Positions 32,891 through 42,710 are shown, numbered from the stretch's first letter. The stretch: DNA of 43,313 nucleotides from Bdellovibrionales bacterium RIFOXYD12_FULL_39_22 (GCA_001770205.1 MEQL01000038.1:62001-105313), one strand, 5' to 3'. Notes: a model not told the origin generated them from the letters alone. Made by a program: numbers and translations.

Positions 32891-33676
32891 ATGTCAACCT
32901 TGTCAAACAAACTAAAAAACCTAACAGACTATCGCTCAACAGTTGGCCCGGATGTTAAAGATAAAATCATTGTTGAGTATGCTCCACTGATTAAGTATAT
33001 TGCACAGAAAATAGCTTCACGTCTTCCCGCCAATATTGAGCTGGATGATTTAATTTCCTGTGGAGTCATTGGCCTAATGGATGCCATTGAGAAGTTTGAT
33101 CCATCGCGCGATAACAAATTTAAAACTTATGCCGAATTTAGAATTAGAGGTGCTATTTTAGATGAGTTGCGTGCGCAAGATTGGGTTCCGCGTTCCATCA
33201 GAGAAAAGGCAAAATTAGTAGAGCGAACTTATTCGAAGCTCGAGGCCTCGCTTGGCCGTCCGGCCACCGATGAAGAAATGTGTGAAGAATTGCATATTTC
33301 TCAAGAAGAATTCCATGACTTGCTCAATAAAGCAAAATCCATTTCGTTACTCAATATTGATGACTCGGCCACATTTAATAGAGGGGACAAAAAACTAATT
33401 GCAGGTGTAATGGAAAGTAGTAAAACTTCCAATCCTTTTGTGGCCGTAAGTCATAGCGATATTCGAGAAAAAATTAAAGAAGGAATTAAGGCCTTACCGG
33501 AAAAACAACGCCTGGTGCTTTCGTTGTACTACTATGAGGATTTGAATCTAAAAGAAATTGGTCAGGTATTGGATGTTACGGAATCTCGAGTCTCTCAGTT
33601 GCATACGCAAGCGATTATCAAGCTAAAGAGTAAGCTCAAGGGCGTATTTGATTCTCCAGAAGATCTCTCAATGTGA
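32891..33676 (+). CDS. fliA: RNA polymerase sigma28 FliA/WhiG
   Basis: DDLISCGVIGL, FKTYAEFRIRGAILDELR..DWVPRS, LYYYEDLNLKEIG.VLDVTESRVSQLH. Confidence 0.97.
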   Translation: MSTLSNKLKNLTDYRSTVGPDVKDKIIVEYAPLIKYIAQKIASRLPANIELDDLISCGVIGLMDAIEKFDPSRDNKFKTYAEFRIRGAILDELRAQDWVPRSIREKAKLVERTYSKLEASLGRPATDEEMCEELHISQEEFHDLLNKAKSISLLNIDDSATFNRGDKKLIAGVMESSKTSNPFVAVSHSDIREKIKEGIKALPEKQRLVLSLYYYEDLNLKEIGQVLDVTESRVSQLHTQAIIKLKSKLKGVFDSPEDLSM

Positions 33677-33680
33677 TTTT

Positions 33681-33722
33681 TCTAATCTCTAATAATCTCT
33701 AAAATCTCTATAAACTCTAAAA
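33681..33722 (+). repeat. Imperfect 9-10-bp tandem repeat after fliA
   Basis: AATCTCTA at 33684, 33694 and 33703, and AAACTCTA at 33712. Confidence 0.7.
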
Positions 33723-33826
33723 TTCCAGAGCAAATTAGTTTAAGCTTCTCTGTCATAGCTTTTACTTTCTATTTCATTTTCTTTCTATCATAATATTTAC
33801 AACCATGGATGGGTTCGGGAGAAATT

Positions 33827-36241
33827 ATGAAGATTAAAATTTCCAGTATTGTTCACTACTATTATACCTTTGTTTTATTATCGCTAATAACTGCCTTGGG
33901 CCTTGGCATTTACACTTACTGGTTTGATGGGCCAGCGAACGTGGAAAATATTAACGCAATTTTTGAGGCCTCTATTTTAGTTGATAACTTCAAAAAACGT
34001 GATGATCTAAAAGTTATTAGCAGCAAAATTAATAGTGATCAGGCCACTGAAGCGGTAAAGTCTATAATTCTATTTCAAAATGATCTGCAACAGATCAATA
34101 GGATTGTGGCCAAGCAAAGTGAGTATGAAGAAATCACCAAGGGGGTCGCGGCCTTAAAATCTTCCATGAATAATGTAATCTCTTTGGCAGATTTATCTAC
34201 GGTGATGAATGTTATGCTAACCAAAATTGAAGAGTTTGAGCAAATGGTCTCTTCCAATAATTGGCGAACGCTTACAAGAATTGCGGGCAGATTAAAGGCA
34301 CAGTTATCTATAAAAAAAGTCCCAGGGGCCGAACTTTATAATCTAAATCGCTTGCGATTGTTAAATAGAAATTTAAATAGTGAGATCAAGTCCATAAAAG
34401 AGGTAACAGAGTCTTCTGTTCTTTCTCGGCCCAATAAAGACATGATTATTTCCAAGATAGCATCGGTGGATGTTGAGTTGAGTATGCTGGGAAAATATTT
34501 GGAAGAAATGGATCGCTTTAACAACACATTAGGTTCCTTGCGTGCTAAATACTCTACTTGGGTGCAGAAAATTTCTCCCGATATTGATGATAAGCGAGCG
34601 CTGTTAGAAGAGCGTTCGCAAATGCTACTTTTGATTTTAAGTGGGATAGTTGGCTTTGCTCTGCTTTCTGCCTTTTTGGGATTTATATTAAATAGGCAGA
34701 GCGCTAAAAATATTCGCAGGGCCGTGGAAGCAAATTTCATTCAAGTAGTTAGTGAAGGATTAATTCCTACTAAAGATATAGAAATGAATTTTGATAAGAA
34801 GTTTTCTTTGGAATTTGCAAAGCTAAAAGACTACTTGCATAAAAGAATGAGCTTTGGCTCTTACTTTCAAGACGCATTACCCTTTCCGGCATTATTGCTT
34901 GACCATAATTTAAGCTTGGCCTGGGGGAATCCTCTTTTCTATGAAATTTGGAATTTAGAGAAAGTAAAAAACAGTAGCACTACGATCACTTGGGATTTTT
35001 TGCAGCAATTTACTAATCTAGGAGAAGATGATCCAATTATTTTAGCTTTGCGAGATAAGATTGCGGGGATTTATCAAATTCAAATTAAGGCAAAAAACAA
35101 AGATCAAAATATCCCCTATGAAATGTACGTTTCTCCGATTGAACACAGCGGGGTTACGCGTGTTATGATATTTTTATATCCACTTGTTTCACTAGAAGAG
35201 ACTATTGCCAATCAGACAAAATCCATTGTGGGGCCTGTTTCTAGAATGCTCGATAGCTTGATTTCTAAAAATTTAGATCAAGTCTCTAAAGATAAGATGG
35301 GAAAAGATTTTGATGTGGCCGGGATAAAAAAAGTTTTTGAAAAATTCTGTCTGCTTAATGAAAAGAGTGAAAATGAAAGGGGCCTAATCTTGCAGAAAGT
35401 GGCGCAATTGACCGAACAGCTAGCGGATAAGACAAAGTTGGTACAGTCGGCCGGTGAAATTTCACAAAATTTATTACAGGAGGCAGCAGATGTTTTTAAA
35501 ACATTGGGTAATGTTAAAGGCAGTATTATCTCGGTAGTAGAGATAAGAAATGAAATTGAAACTCTTTTCCAATCTACTGTACGAATTATTAAACAAGTAG
35601 TCGGCGATAAAAAAACAGTTCTAGATTCAGTTGCAAAATCACGGCAGGTAATTTCGGAAACGGTCTCTTCGCTGGATAAGGTTAAGGCCGGCCGAGATGC
35701 AATTAAAAAACAGAAGGCAAATTTTGATGCATCATTGTCTAAGATGGTTCAGCGCACTAATGAAATGTTGATAAGTGAAAAAACAGACGATGCTGTCTCC
35801 TACCGAGTTAAGGAGGTATTGACTTCTTTCAGGCAGGAAATGAAGGGGCTAGATGCTTTGGGAAGAAAAATTTCAGATGAGATGGTTAATTTAGATGTTG
35901 GAATATCCAAAATTGAGATGATTAATGGTGGTTTCGTTGTTCCTGATTTTAAACATGGCCGCGATGAATTTAATAGCGCCAATGGGCTGGTAGAATCGGC
36001 CAGTAAGGATATGAGTGAACTATCAATAGAAGGCCAGAAAGAAGATGAAAAACTAATTGATACCTTGAAAGATTTAGTGGCCAAATTAACCAAAATTAGT
36101 GAGGAGATCTCTTTTGCCAAAGGTTTATTGGAGATTGAGAAAGAAAATAGGCCAGAAGTGTTGGAAGTAAATGAATTATCTATTCCCAGTGCGCAGCAGT
36201 TAACGAATGTGACTTTAGAAGGAGTTGTTAATCTTCAGTGA
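33827..36241 (+). CDS. Chemoreceptor-shaped membrane protein: 2 TM, periplasmic helical domain, PAS-like domain, coiled-coil tail with degenerate MCP tip
   Basis: ATG 33827 after GGGAG; two TM helices; DALPFPALLLD...WGNPLF PAS-like start; heptad-rich C-terminus; no LLALNAAIEAARAG motif. Confidence 0.6.
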   Translation: MKIKISSIVHYYYTFVLLSLITALGLGIYTYWFDGPANVENINAIFEASILVDNFKKRDDLKVISSKINSDQATEAVKSIILFQNDLQQINRIVAKQSEYEEITKGVAALKSSMNNVISLADLSTVMNVMLTKIEEFEQMVSSNNWRTLTRIAGRLKAQLSIKKVPGAELYNLNRLRLLNRNLNSEIKSIKEVTESSVLSRPNKDMIISKIASVDVELSMLGKYLEEMDRFNNTLGSLRAKYSTWVQKISPDIDDKRALLEERSQMLLLILSGIVGFALLSAFLGFILNRQSAKNIRRAVEANFIQVVSEGLIPTKDIEMNFDKKFSLEFAKLKDYLHKRMSFGSYFQDALPFPALLLDHNLSLAWGNPLFYEIWNLEKVKNSSTTITWDFLQQFTNLGEDDPIILALRDKIAGIYQIQIKAKNKDQNIPYEMYVSPIEHSGVTRVMIFLYPLVSLEETIANQTKSIVGPVSRMLDSLISKNLDQVSKDKMGKDFDVAGIKKVFEKFCLLNEKSENERGLILQKVAQLTEQLADKTKLVQSAGEISQNLLQEAADVFKTLGNVKGSIISVVEIRNEIETLFQSTVRIIKQVVGDKKTVLDSVAKSRQVISETVSSLDKVKAGRDAIKKQKANFDASLSKMVQRTNEMLISEKTDDAVSYRVKEVLTSFRQEMKGLDALGRKISDEMVNLDVGISKIEMINGGFVVPDFKHGRDEFNSANGLVESASKDMSELSIEGQKEDEKLIDTLKDLVAKLTKISEEISFAKGLLEIEKENRPEVLEVNELSIPSAQQLTNVTLEGVVNLQ

Positions 36242-36908
36242 TTATGTTCACTATGTTTTGAACGCTTGTGGCCAATTTTGTCTGCCGTTTGCTTGTTGGA
36301 TTGTCGCTATTATTATCAATAACAAAATCAGAAAGTTTCCGTTTTTGTTCTATGTCCATTTGAGTGGCAATAATTTTTTGGGCCAGGGATAGATCAATAG
36401 AATCTCGGGCCATCAGGCGTTTTGTTTGAATCTCTTTCGAGGCATAGACCGTAATAATCAAATCAAAAGAGGACGATATTTTTTTTTCAAATAGTAGTGG
36501 AACATCGTAGATAACAAAAGGGGGCCTCTTATTGTCTTGCTGTAGGGAACTAACGGAGGCAAGAAAATAATCTTTAATTTTAGGATGTAGAAAATTTTCT
36601 AATAACTCCAAATCATTTACATTGGCAAAAACTTTCTCCCGTAATTTTCTAAAGTCAATTTGCTTTGTTGTGCTATCTACTACTTCTGGAAAATGGTGTT
36701 GGATAAAGAGTTGACTTTCTGGCCTGCGATAAATTTCTTTGACGATTTTATCAGCACAAATGACAGAAAAATTCATGGATTCTAAAATTAAGGACACCGA
36801 AGATTTTCCGGTGGCAATTCCTCCGGTGAGGCCAATTATGGGAACTCCGCAATTATATAAGCGTGTAGTGGAAGTTAATTTAATAAACTCTTTTTTTAGG
36901 TTTATCAT
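36228..36908 (-). CDS. coaE: Dephospho-CoA kinase
   Basis: IIGLTGGIATGKS, CADKIV, LHPKI, DVPLLFE, RLMARD; overlaps the convergent gene by 14 bp. Confidence 0.95.
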   Translation of the reverse strand: MINLKKEFIKLTSTTRLYNCGVPIIGLTGGIATGKSSVSLILESMNFSVICADKIVKEIYRRPESQLFIQHHFPEVVDSTTKQIDFRKLREKVFANVNDLELLENFLHPKIKDYFLASVSSLQQDNKRPPFVIYDVPLLFEKKISSSFDLIITVYASKEIQTKRLMARDSIDLSLAQKIIATQMDIEQKRKLSDFVIDNNSDNPTSKRQTKLATSVQNIVNIITED

Positions 36909-36928
36909 TATTTAATATTCCATTGTTC

Positions 36929-37759
36929 CTAAGCTTTCCTTTGTTTGTCTTCTTTTTCAATTTTTTTAACTCGATCCCAGTAGACATCCATCTGTGTCTG
37001 ATTCATCTCTTCAAAAGATTTTCCTTCTGCCAAAATCATATCCTCCATTTGAGAAAAACGATTCAAAAATTTACGATTGGCCATGCGCAGAGTTTCTTCT
37101 GGATCAAATTTATAATGTCGTAAAAGTTGGGCCATGGAAAATAAAATATCACCCAATTCTTCTTGAATGTGTGAAAGATTTTTTTCAGGTTTTAGTAGCT
37201 CTTCTTTATACTCTCGCCATTCTCCTTCTACCACACCTATCACTGCCTCCGCATTATCCCAGTCGAACTTTATCTGATTACTTTTTTGGCCTATTTTATA
37301 GGCAGAGTATAATGCTGGGAATTTAAGATAGTCATTGTTAAAAAATTTGGCCTTTTTTTCCGCTCCATCGATGGCCTGCGATTTTTCCACCTCTTTAATT
37401 TTTTTCCAATTTGTCACCACTTCGTCGGGGTTGAGATTATTTTCTAAATCACCAAAAATGTGAGGATGGCGGCGAATTAATTTATCGGATAGAACTTGGG
37501 ATACGCTTTCTAAATTAAAAGTTCCGCTCTGTTTAGCTATGGTGCAGTGTAGTATTACTTGCAATAATACATCTCCAATCTCTTCTTCCATGGCCGACAC
37601 ATTTCCATCTTCGCATGCCATCAAAAATTCATAGCTCTCTTCTAAAAGAAATCTAAGTAGTGATTGATGAGTTTGCTTCAGATCCCAAGGGCAGCCACCG
37701 TTAGGATCTCGTAATTTTTCGATAATTTGCACAAGAGCTTCAAATTTTGGATAGTTCAT
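36929..37759 (-). CDS. mazG: Nucleoside triphosphate pyrophosphohydrolase MazG
   Basis: LRDPNGGCPWDLKQT, EEIGDVLLQV, KLIRRHPHIF, second EELGDILF; ATG 37759 preferred. Confidence 0.96.
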   Translation of the reverse strand: MNYPKFEALVQIIEKLRDPNGGCPWDLKQTHQSLLRFLLEESYEFLMACEDGNVSAMEEEIGDVLLQVILHCTIAKQSGTFNLESVSQVLSDKLIRRHPHIFGDLENNLNPDEVVTNWKKIKEVEKSQAIDGAEKKAKFFNNDYLKFPALYSAYKIGQKSNQIKFDWDNAEAVIGVVEGEWREYKEELLKPEKNLSHIQEELGDILFSMAQLLRHYKFDPEETLRMANRKFLNRFSQMEDMILAEGKSFEEMNQTQMDVYWDRVKKIEKEDKQRKA

Positions 37760-38010
37760 GTAGCGAGTTAATCCTTTTGAGGTTGGCCGAATTTCCAATC
37801 AATAATTATGGCCCTAAAGTACAATTTTACAAAGTGCCCCGTCAATCCTTATGGCCTCTTATTCTAATTTTTCACAAAACTGTCGATACTATTTATAATA
37901 ACGATACAAACAATGACTCTGATTGCGCTGAGAGATTGGCACAGAGTAATGCATATGTTATAAAAAACCTGCATAATCCAGTTTTGCGTAATGTATTAAT
38001 ATAAGAGCGT

Positions 38011-38565
38011 GTGATGCACAGAAGGCAAATTAAATATCAAAATATTCAAATCCAAATTATAGATTCTGCCAGATCCGTCAAGACTAGTTTTATGACTCAA
38101 AAAATCATAAAGGGGCTCGAGTTGTTGGCCGAAGAATTAGCACATCTTCTTTTTGCTGAAAATCAAAACAGTCTTAATCTTGATAGACAGCGCATTGAAG
38201 GAGTAGAACTCACTATTACTTTTTGTGGACAGCAACACATTCGACAACTAAATACCAAATATCGTCAAAAAAATAAAATAACTGATGTTCTCTCTTTTGC
38301 CTTACATGCTGATTTGCGAAATAGTAAAAAAACTAATGGGCATTTTGCTCTTAAGAAATTAAACTTAGGAGATATTGTAATTTGTCGAGAGGTTGCAAAA
38401 AGGCAGTCCTTGGAATTTGAAATTCCACTTTATAGTGAAGTCCTGCATTTGGCCCTGCACGGCATGCTTCATCTTTGTGGGTACGATCATGAGCAAGGTG
38501 GAAAAGAGCAAAAAATAATGGAGTGGCTAGAAGATTTTTATATACGACGACTTATAAAAAAATAA
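38011..38565 (+). CDS. ybeY: rRNA maturation endoribonuclease YbeY
   Basis: LNTKYR..NKITDVLSF, LGDIVIC, HGMLHLCGYDH; exact start uncertain. Confidence 0.93.
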   Translation: MMHRRQIKYQNIQIQIIDSARSVKTSFMTQKIIKGLELLAEELAHLLFAENQNSLNLDRQRIEGVELTITFCGQQHIRQLNTKYRQKNKITDVLSFALHADLRNSKKTNGHFALKKLNLGDIVICREVAKRQSLEFEIPLYSEVLHLALHGMLHLCGYDHEQGGKEQKIMEWLEDFYIRRLIKK

Positions 38566-38598
38566 ATCAGAGTAAATTAGAGTAAGGCAGAAAAAGAG

Positions 38599-39724
38599 AT
38601 GAATGAAAAATACAAAATTGAATTGGCAGAGAAAAATTCGACTATAAGGAACTATCAAGAAAAAATTGCTATGTTGCGGAGGTCGCTTTGAGGTTGATAG
38701 TAAAAAAGAGCGATTGTCCAACATAGTTCAAATGGAAGCGTTGGAAGGCTACTGGGAAGATACCGATAATGCCGCCAAAATTCAAAAAGAAAAATCTATT
38801 TTAGAAGAAACTGTTTTTTCTGTTAAAAAAGTAGAAGATCTCTACGAAGAGTTTTTTATCCTTACTGATTTTGCAACTAAAGATGATGATGAATCTTCAG
38901 CTCTAGAGGCCTTTGGTGTTTTTGATAATTTTATAAAATATTATTCTGAGCTTGAAAAAAAGGCCCTTCTTTCGGGAGAGGTTGACCCCAATAATGCTAT
39001 TGTTTCGATAAATGCGGGAGCGGGAGGAACAGAATCTTGTGATTGGGCCCAAATGTTGTATCGTATGGTTACTCGCTGGGCCGAGCATCGGAAATTTTCT
39101 TGTCAAATTTTAGATCAACAAGTCGGTGATTCTGCCGGAATTAAGTCCGTGACTTTTATGGTTAACGGTAATTTTGCTTATGGCCTACTTAAATCCGAAA
39201 GTGGGATTCATCGCTTAGTACGCATCTCTCCTTTTGATGCCAATAAACGTCGACATACTTCTTTTGCCTCTATTTTTGTAGTGCCTGAATTGGATGACAC
39301 CATTGAGATAAAAATTGAAGATAAAGATATTAAAATTGATGTTTTTCGCGCAGGCGGTGCCGGAGGCCAGGGGGTTAATACCACTGACTCTGCTGTTCGC
39401 ATTACTCATTTTCCTTCAGGGATAGTGGTTACATGCCAAAATGAGCGCTCGCAGGTACAAAATAAAGCGCAAGCAATGAAGGTTTTAAAGTCAAGACTCT
39501 ATGATCGTGCAATGGCGGAAAAACGTGCTAAAGAAAAAGAGATTGAATCAGAAAAAAAAGAGATTGGGTGGGGATCGCAAATTCGTTCTTATGTTTTGCA
39601 CCCCTATAAATTAGTCAAAGACCATCGAACTTCCTACGAGGTGAGTACGGCCGAAAAAGTATTAGATGGAGATCTTGATGATTTTATGGCCGCCTACTTA
39701 CAATGGATGGCCTGCGGTGACTAA
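38599..39724 (+). CDS. prfB: Peptide chain release factor 2, made by +1 programmed frameshift (join 38599-38688, 38690-39724; 374 aa)
   Basis: 30-codon first ORF MNEKYK...MLRRSL ending CTT TGA; the +1 frame continues EVDSKK... with SPF (ISPFD) and GGQ motifs. Confidence 0.95.
38677..38692 (+). promoter_or_regulatory. RF2 +1 frameshift cassette
   Basis: CGGAGG-TCG-CTT-TGA-G: internal Shine-Dalgarno 3 nt before the CUU shift codon and an in-frame UGA. Confidence 0.93.
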
Positions 39725-40937
39725 TATTTTTAAAGCATTTGTCGCCATCTTGTTTCAAGATCGCTCCTCCTTGCGTTTTGCGATCGGAGTGGCAATAGGG
39801 ATTTCTTTTTCCATGGCCGTTATTTTGGCCACTATTGGAATCATGGATGGCTTTGATGAATCCTTGAAGGTTAATTTGAAAAAAAGTTTAGGTGATATTG
39901 CCATCAATTATCGCGATGGTTTCCTTTATACTGATGGCACTTTTGCAAAACAGTTGCAAAAAGATGAAAAGGAAAGAATTGGCCCTCTCTCTTTCATGTT
40001 AAGAGTTGAAGGATTTATTATTGGAAAAGGAGTGGCGCGAGGAGTACAAATTAGCGGAATTGATCCGGCCATACACTCAGATATTGTGGGTTTAAATTTA
40101 AACTTTGCGGCCGATGAAGTGGCGATTGGAATGGAGTTGGCCCATGATTTAGAATTAGCGGTTGGCGACGAAGTGGTGTTGGCCATGTCGCATGGAAACG
40201 ATAGTATAAAAACTTTGCCGGTGCTGAATAATTTTCGTATTGGCCAGATCGTTAATCATGGCATCTATTTAAAAGATAGTAGAGCAATCTATCTCCAACT
40301 TTCTCGAGTGCAAGAGATTTTACAACTTTTTGATAAGGCCAATATTGTTACCTTTAATATCAATAGCAAAATTAGATTTGAAAATGCTGTAGGGGAATAT
40401 GTTAAGGCCGTTTCTTCGGAGATTGAGCATATTAGAGAATTTTTAGGAATCGATTATTCGATTCGTCCATTTTGGCATGAATACGCCGGCCTGTTGGAGG
40501 CAGTGGAAGTAGAGAAGGTTATGATTGGGTTGGTCCTGCAAGTCGTAGTTGTTGTCTCCATGTTTAATATGTTGGCATTTTTGATTTATGTTAATGAAAA
40601 ATATGTTAAAGAGATCTTTCTTTTGCGGGCCTTAGGCCTGACCAAAAGACGGTTGACTGGCATGTGGATGCAGTTGGTTTTCTTATTTTGGATGGTATCT
40701 GTACTTATTTCCTATTTATTTGTTAAATTAATCAATTTGATTCTACAAAATCTCGACTTTTTTCAAGTGCCCGGGGAAATCTATAATTTGGCCCGGTTTA
40801 AAATAATTTTAGCATCCAGTGACTACTTAGCAGTTTATGGCGGGGCCTTAATTTGGGTGATAGCTATCAGTGGGATTACACTTTATCGTTTATATAGAGT
40901 CTCGCTGTTGCATGGATTGCGTAAAGAATTTGCTTAA
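39717..40937 (+). CDS. LolC/E-type (FtsX/MacB-family) ABC permease
   Basis: Likely GTG start overlapping the prfB end; TM1 then GIMDGF, GVQISGIDP, IGMELAHDLEL.VGDEV, EIFLLRALG, PGEIY; precedes lolD. Confidence 0.85.
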   Translation: MTNIFKAFVAILFQDRSSLRFAIGVAIGISFSMAVILATIGIMDGFDESLKVNLKKSLGDIAINYRDGFLYTDGTFAKQLQKDEKERIGPLSFMLRVEGFIIGKGVARGVQISGIDPAIHSDIVGLNLNFAADEVAIGMELAHDLELAVGDEVVLAMSHGNDSIKTLPVLNNFRIGQIVNHGIYLKDSRAIYLQLSRVQEILQLFDKANIVTFNINSKIRFENAVGEYVKAVSSEIEHIREFLGIDYSIRPFWHEYAGLLEAVEVEKVMIGLVLQVVVVVSMFNMLAFLIYVNEKYVKEIFLLRALGLTKRRLTGMWMQLVFLFWMVSVLISYLFVKLINLILQNLDFFQVPGEIYNLARFKIILASSDYLAVYGGALIWVIAISGITLYRLYRVSLLHGLRKEFA

Positions 40938-40946
40938 GGAGCTTAT

Positions 40947-41663
40947 ATGGTAATGACAGAAAAAACTCCTCGGCCATTGCTTGTGGCCAATAATGTTAAA
41001 AAAAGTTTTGATAAGGTCAATGCCCTTAATGGAGTGACGTTAACTTTATTTGAAGGTGATCAATATGTAATTCGTGGGGCCTCTGGTTGTGGAAAATCAA
41101 CGCTTCTTTACTTGATGGGAGGGCTAGATCGTCCTACTTCTGGAAGTGTTGTGGTTAATGGCCAAGATCTTTCTCAATATGATGATGATGCGCTGGCCAA
41201 ATTTAGAAATACTTTTACTGGACTAGTTTTCCAGTTTCATTTTTTGCTGCCTTCTATGAACTGTTTAAATAATATTTTACTTCCTGCTAGAATTGCCGGC
41301 GTGTCTCTTTCTAATATCAAAGAGAATTGCCAAGAATTTGCACGAGAATTAGGAGTAGATCATTGTCTGGCCAAATATCCATTCCAATTATCAGGTGGAG
41401 AGCAGCAGCGTATTAATATTATTCGCGCTCTTTCTTTGCGGCCAAAGCTTTTGCTTTGTGATGAGCCGACAGGAAATCTTGATCGTAAAAATGGCCAGAA
41501 TGTTACTCGCATTCTTCTGGAATCGGCAAAACATTTTGGAGCAACCTTGGTGGTAGTAACTCACGATCAGAACGTGTCATCTCATTTTAAAAACGAGTTA
41601 GTGATGGAAGATGGCCGATTGATCGCGGATAGTCGTAATGCCGCGGAGTTGAATTTAAATTAA
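40947..41663 (+). CDS. lolD: LolD-type ABC ATPase
   Basis: GASGCGKST, GLDRPTSG, FQFHFLLP, LSGGEQQR, CDEPTGNLD, VTHD. Confidence 0.85.
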   Translation: MVMTEKTPRPLLVANNVKKSFDKVNALNGVTLTLFEGDQYVIRGASGCGKSTLLYLMGGLDRPTSGSVVVNGQDLSQYDDDALAKFRNTFTGLVFQFHFLLPSMNCLNNILLPARIAGVSLSNIKENCQEFARELGVDHCLAKYPFQLSGGEQQRINIIRALSLRPKLLLCDEPTGNLDRKNGQNVTRILLESAKHFGATLVVVTHDQNVSSHFKNELVMEDGRLIADSRNAAELNLN

Positions 41664-41677
41664 ATTTAAATTCAACT
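41647..41677. terminator. Perfect 15-bp AT-rich inverted repeat between convergent genes
   Basis: AGTTGAATTTAAATT-A-AATTTAAATTCAACT, spanning the lolD stop codon. Confidence 0.55.
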
Positions 41678-41681
41678 TAAT

Positions 41682-42710
41682 TTAGAAAATAAATCCCAAA
41701 TTAATAATATAGCTTTCATTAGAAACTAGATTGTCTTTTTTCTCATTGGCCCGAGAGCTTGTAGCGTAAATGGCTTCAATAAGCCATGAGTTAATGAAAT
41801 GAAAGTTATATTTATATTCAAATCTCAGTTTATGAGATAACTCGCTGCCAAGGAGTCCGCCATCAATAGTAGCTTCTTCCAATTGAGAAGTTGAAAATAT
41901 ATCAATTAGATAGTCCGTCGACATCGCAATTTTTAGTTTTTTGAAGTTATATTGAAACAAAACACCCATGCCTGCAGATAGATTTTTATTAACTCGTATA
42001 ACCAGGCCAGATCCATTGCCGCTACCATCATCCGCCAGATTTGGAGAGACATCGAAAGACATTGCCAAATATGGCGATAGACTTTTTGTGCCACGGGCCA
42101 AGATAATTTCACCTCTTAAAGAATATGCCAAGGGTATTTGGAGATTGTTGTTTGCCTCTGATTTGTGGAAATTAATTAGTGTATGATATTGTAAATTTTT
42201 AATATTCCAGCGATTAAAACTATGTAAGAAAAAATACTCGTGGCCTAGATTTAGAAACGGAGCAAAGATTGATTGAACTGTAAAGAATCCCCTTGTATCT
42301 GTAGTTTTCCGTAGAAAATATCCTGCAAGAACCGAGTGCCTACTTGTCAGATATCTTCTCTTTAACCTACTCGCATCTTGATTTTGACGTTTTTTTTTTT
42401 CCATGGAAATAAAAGAATTTATTTCATCATTTGTTATAGTCTTTTTAGATATAACTATAGTGACTGTAGAATTGATTGGTATTTTATACCAATCAACGAT
42501 GTGTGGATTTCTTTTTTTTATGTCTCGGAATAGTTTGTTTTTTACGCTATTATTATGATTCTTTGCAAATTTATTAATTATCATTTCAATACTCTCAACC
42601 GGTAATGTTGTTATGTAGGTTATTTTAAAAAAATTGCCCGCAAAAGAGGTCTTGCATATGCAAAACAAAACAACAATAAATAAAAATATCAAGCGAATAC
42701 GCAATTTCAT
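41682..42710 (-). CDS. Hypothetical exported protein: LysM-like N-domain plus putative outer-membrane beta-barrel
   Basis: ATG 42710 after GAGG gives a signal peptide ending SFA; ESIEMII...IKKRNPHIVDWYKIP...VTI resembles LysM; aromatic-rich strands; ends YIINLGFIF. Confidence 0.55.
   Translation of the reverse strand: MKLRIRLIFLFIVVLFCICKTSFAGNFFKITYITTLPVESIEMIINKFAKNHNNSVKNKLFRDIKKRNPHIVDWYKIPINSTVTIVISKKTITNDEINSFISMEKKKRQNQDASRLKRRYLTSRHSVLAGYFLRKTTDTRGFFTVQSIFAPFLNLGHEYFFLHSFNRWNIKNLQYHTLINFHKSEANNNLQIPLAYSLRGEIILARGTKSLSPYLAMSFDVSPNLADDGSGNGSGLVIRVNKNLSAGMGVLFQYNFKKLKIAMSTDYLIDIFSTSQLEEATIDGGLLGSELSHKLRFEYKYNFHFINSWLIEAIYATSSRANEKKDNLVSNESYIINLGFIF

Noticed and set aside
37936..37953. 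TTGGCACAGAGTAATGCA, resembling a sigma54 -24/-12 promoter upstream of ybeY
   Set aside because: GG and GC are separated by 11 nt; sigma54 requires 10.
37747..38004. 85-aa ORF between mazG and ybeY
   Set aside because: TTG start overlapping mazG antisense, no motif, and it occupies the divergent promoter region.
38666..38688. ORF-track start for RF2 (MLCCGGRF)
   Set aside because: Artefact of the +1 frame; the real N-terminus is in the frame starting at 38599.
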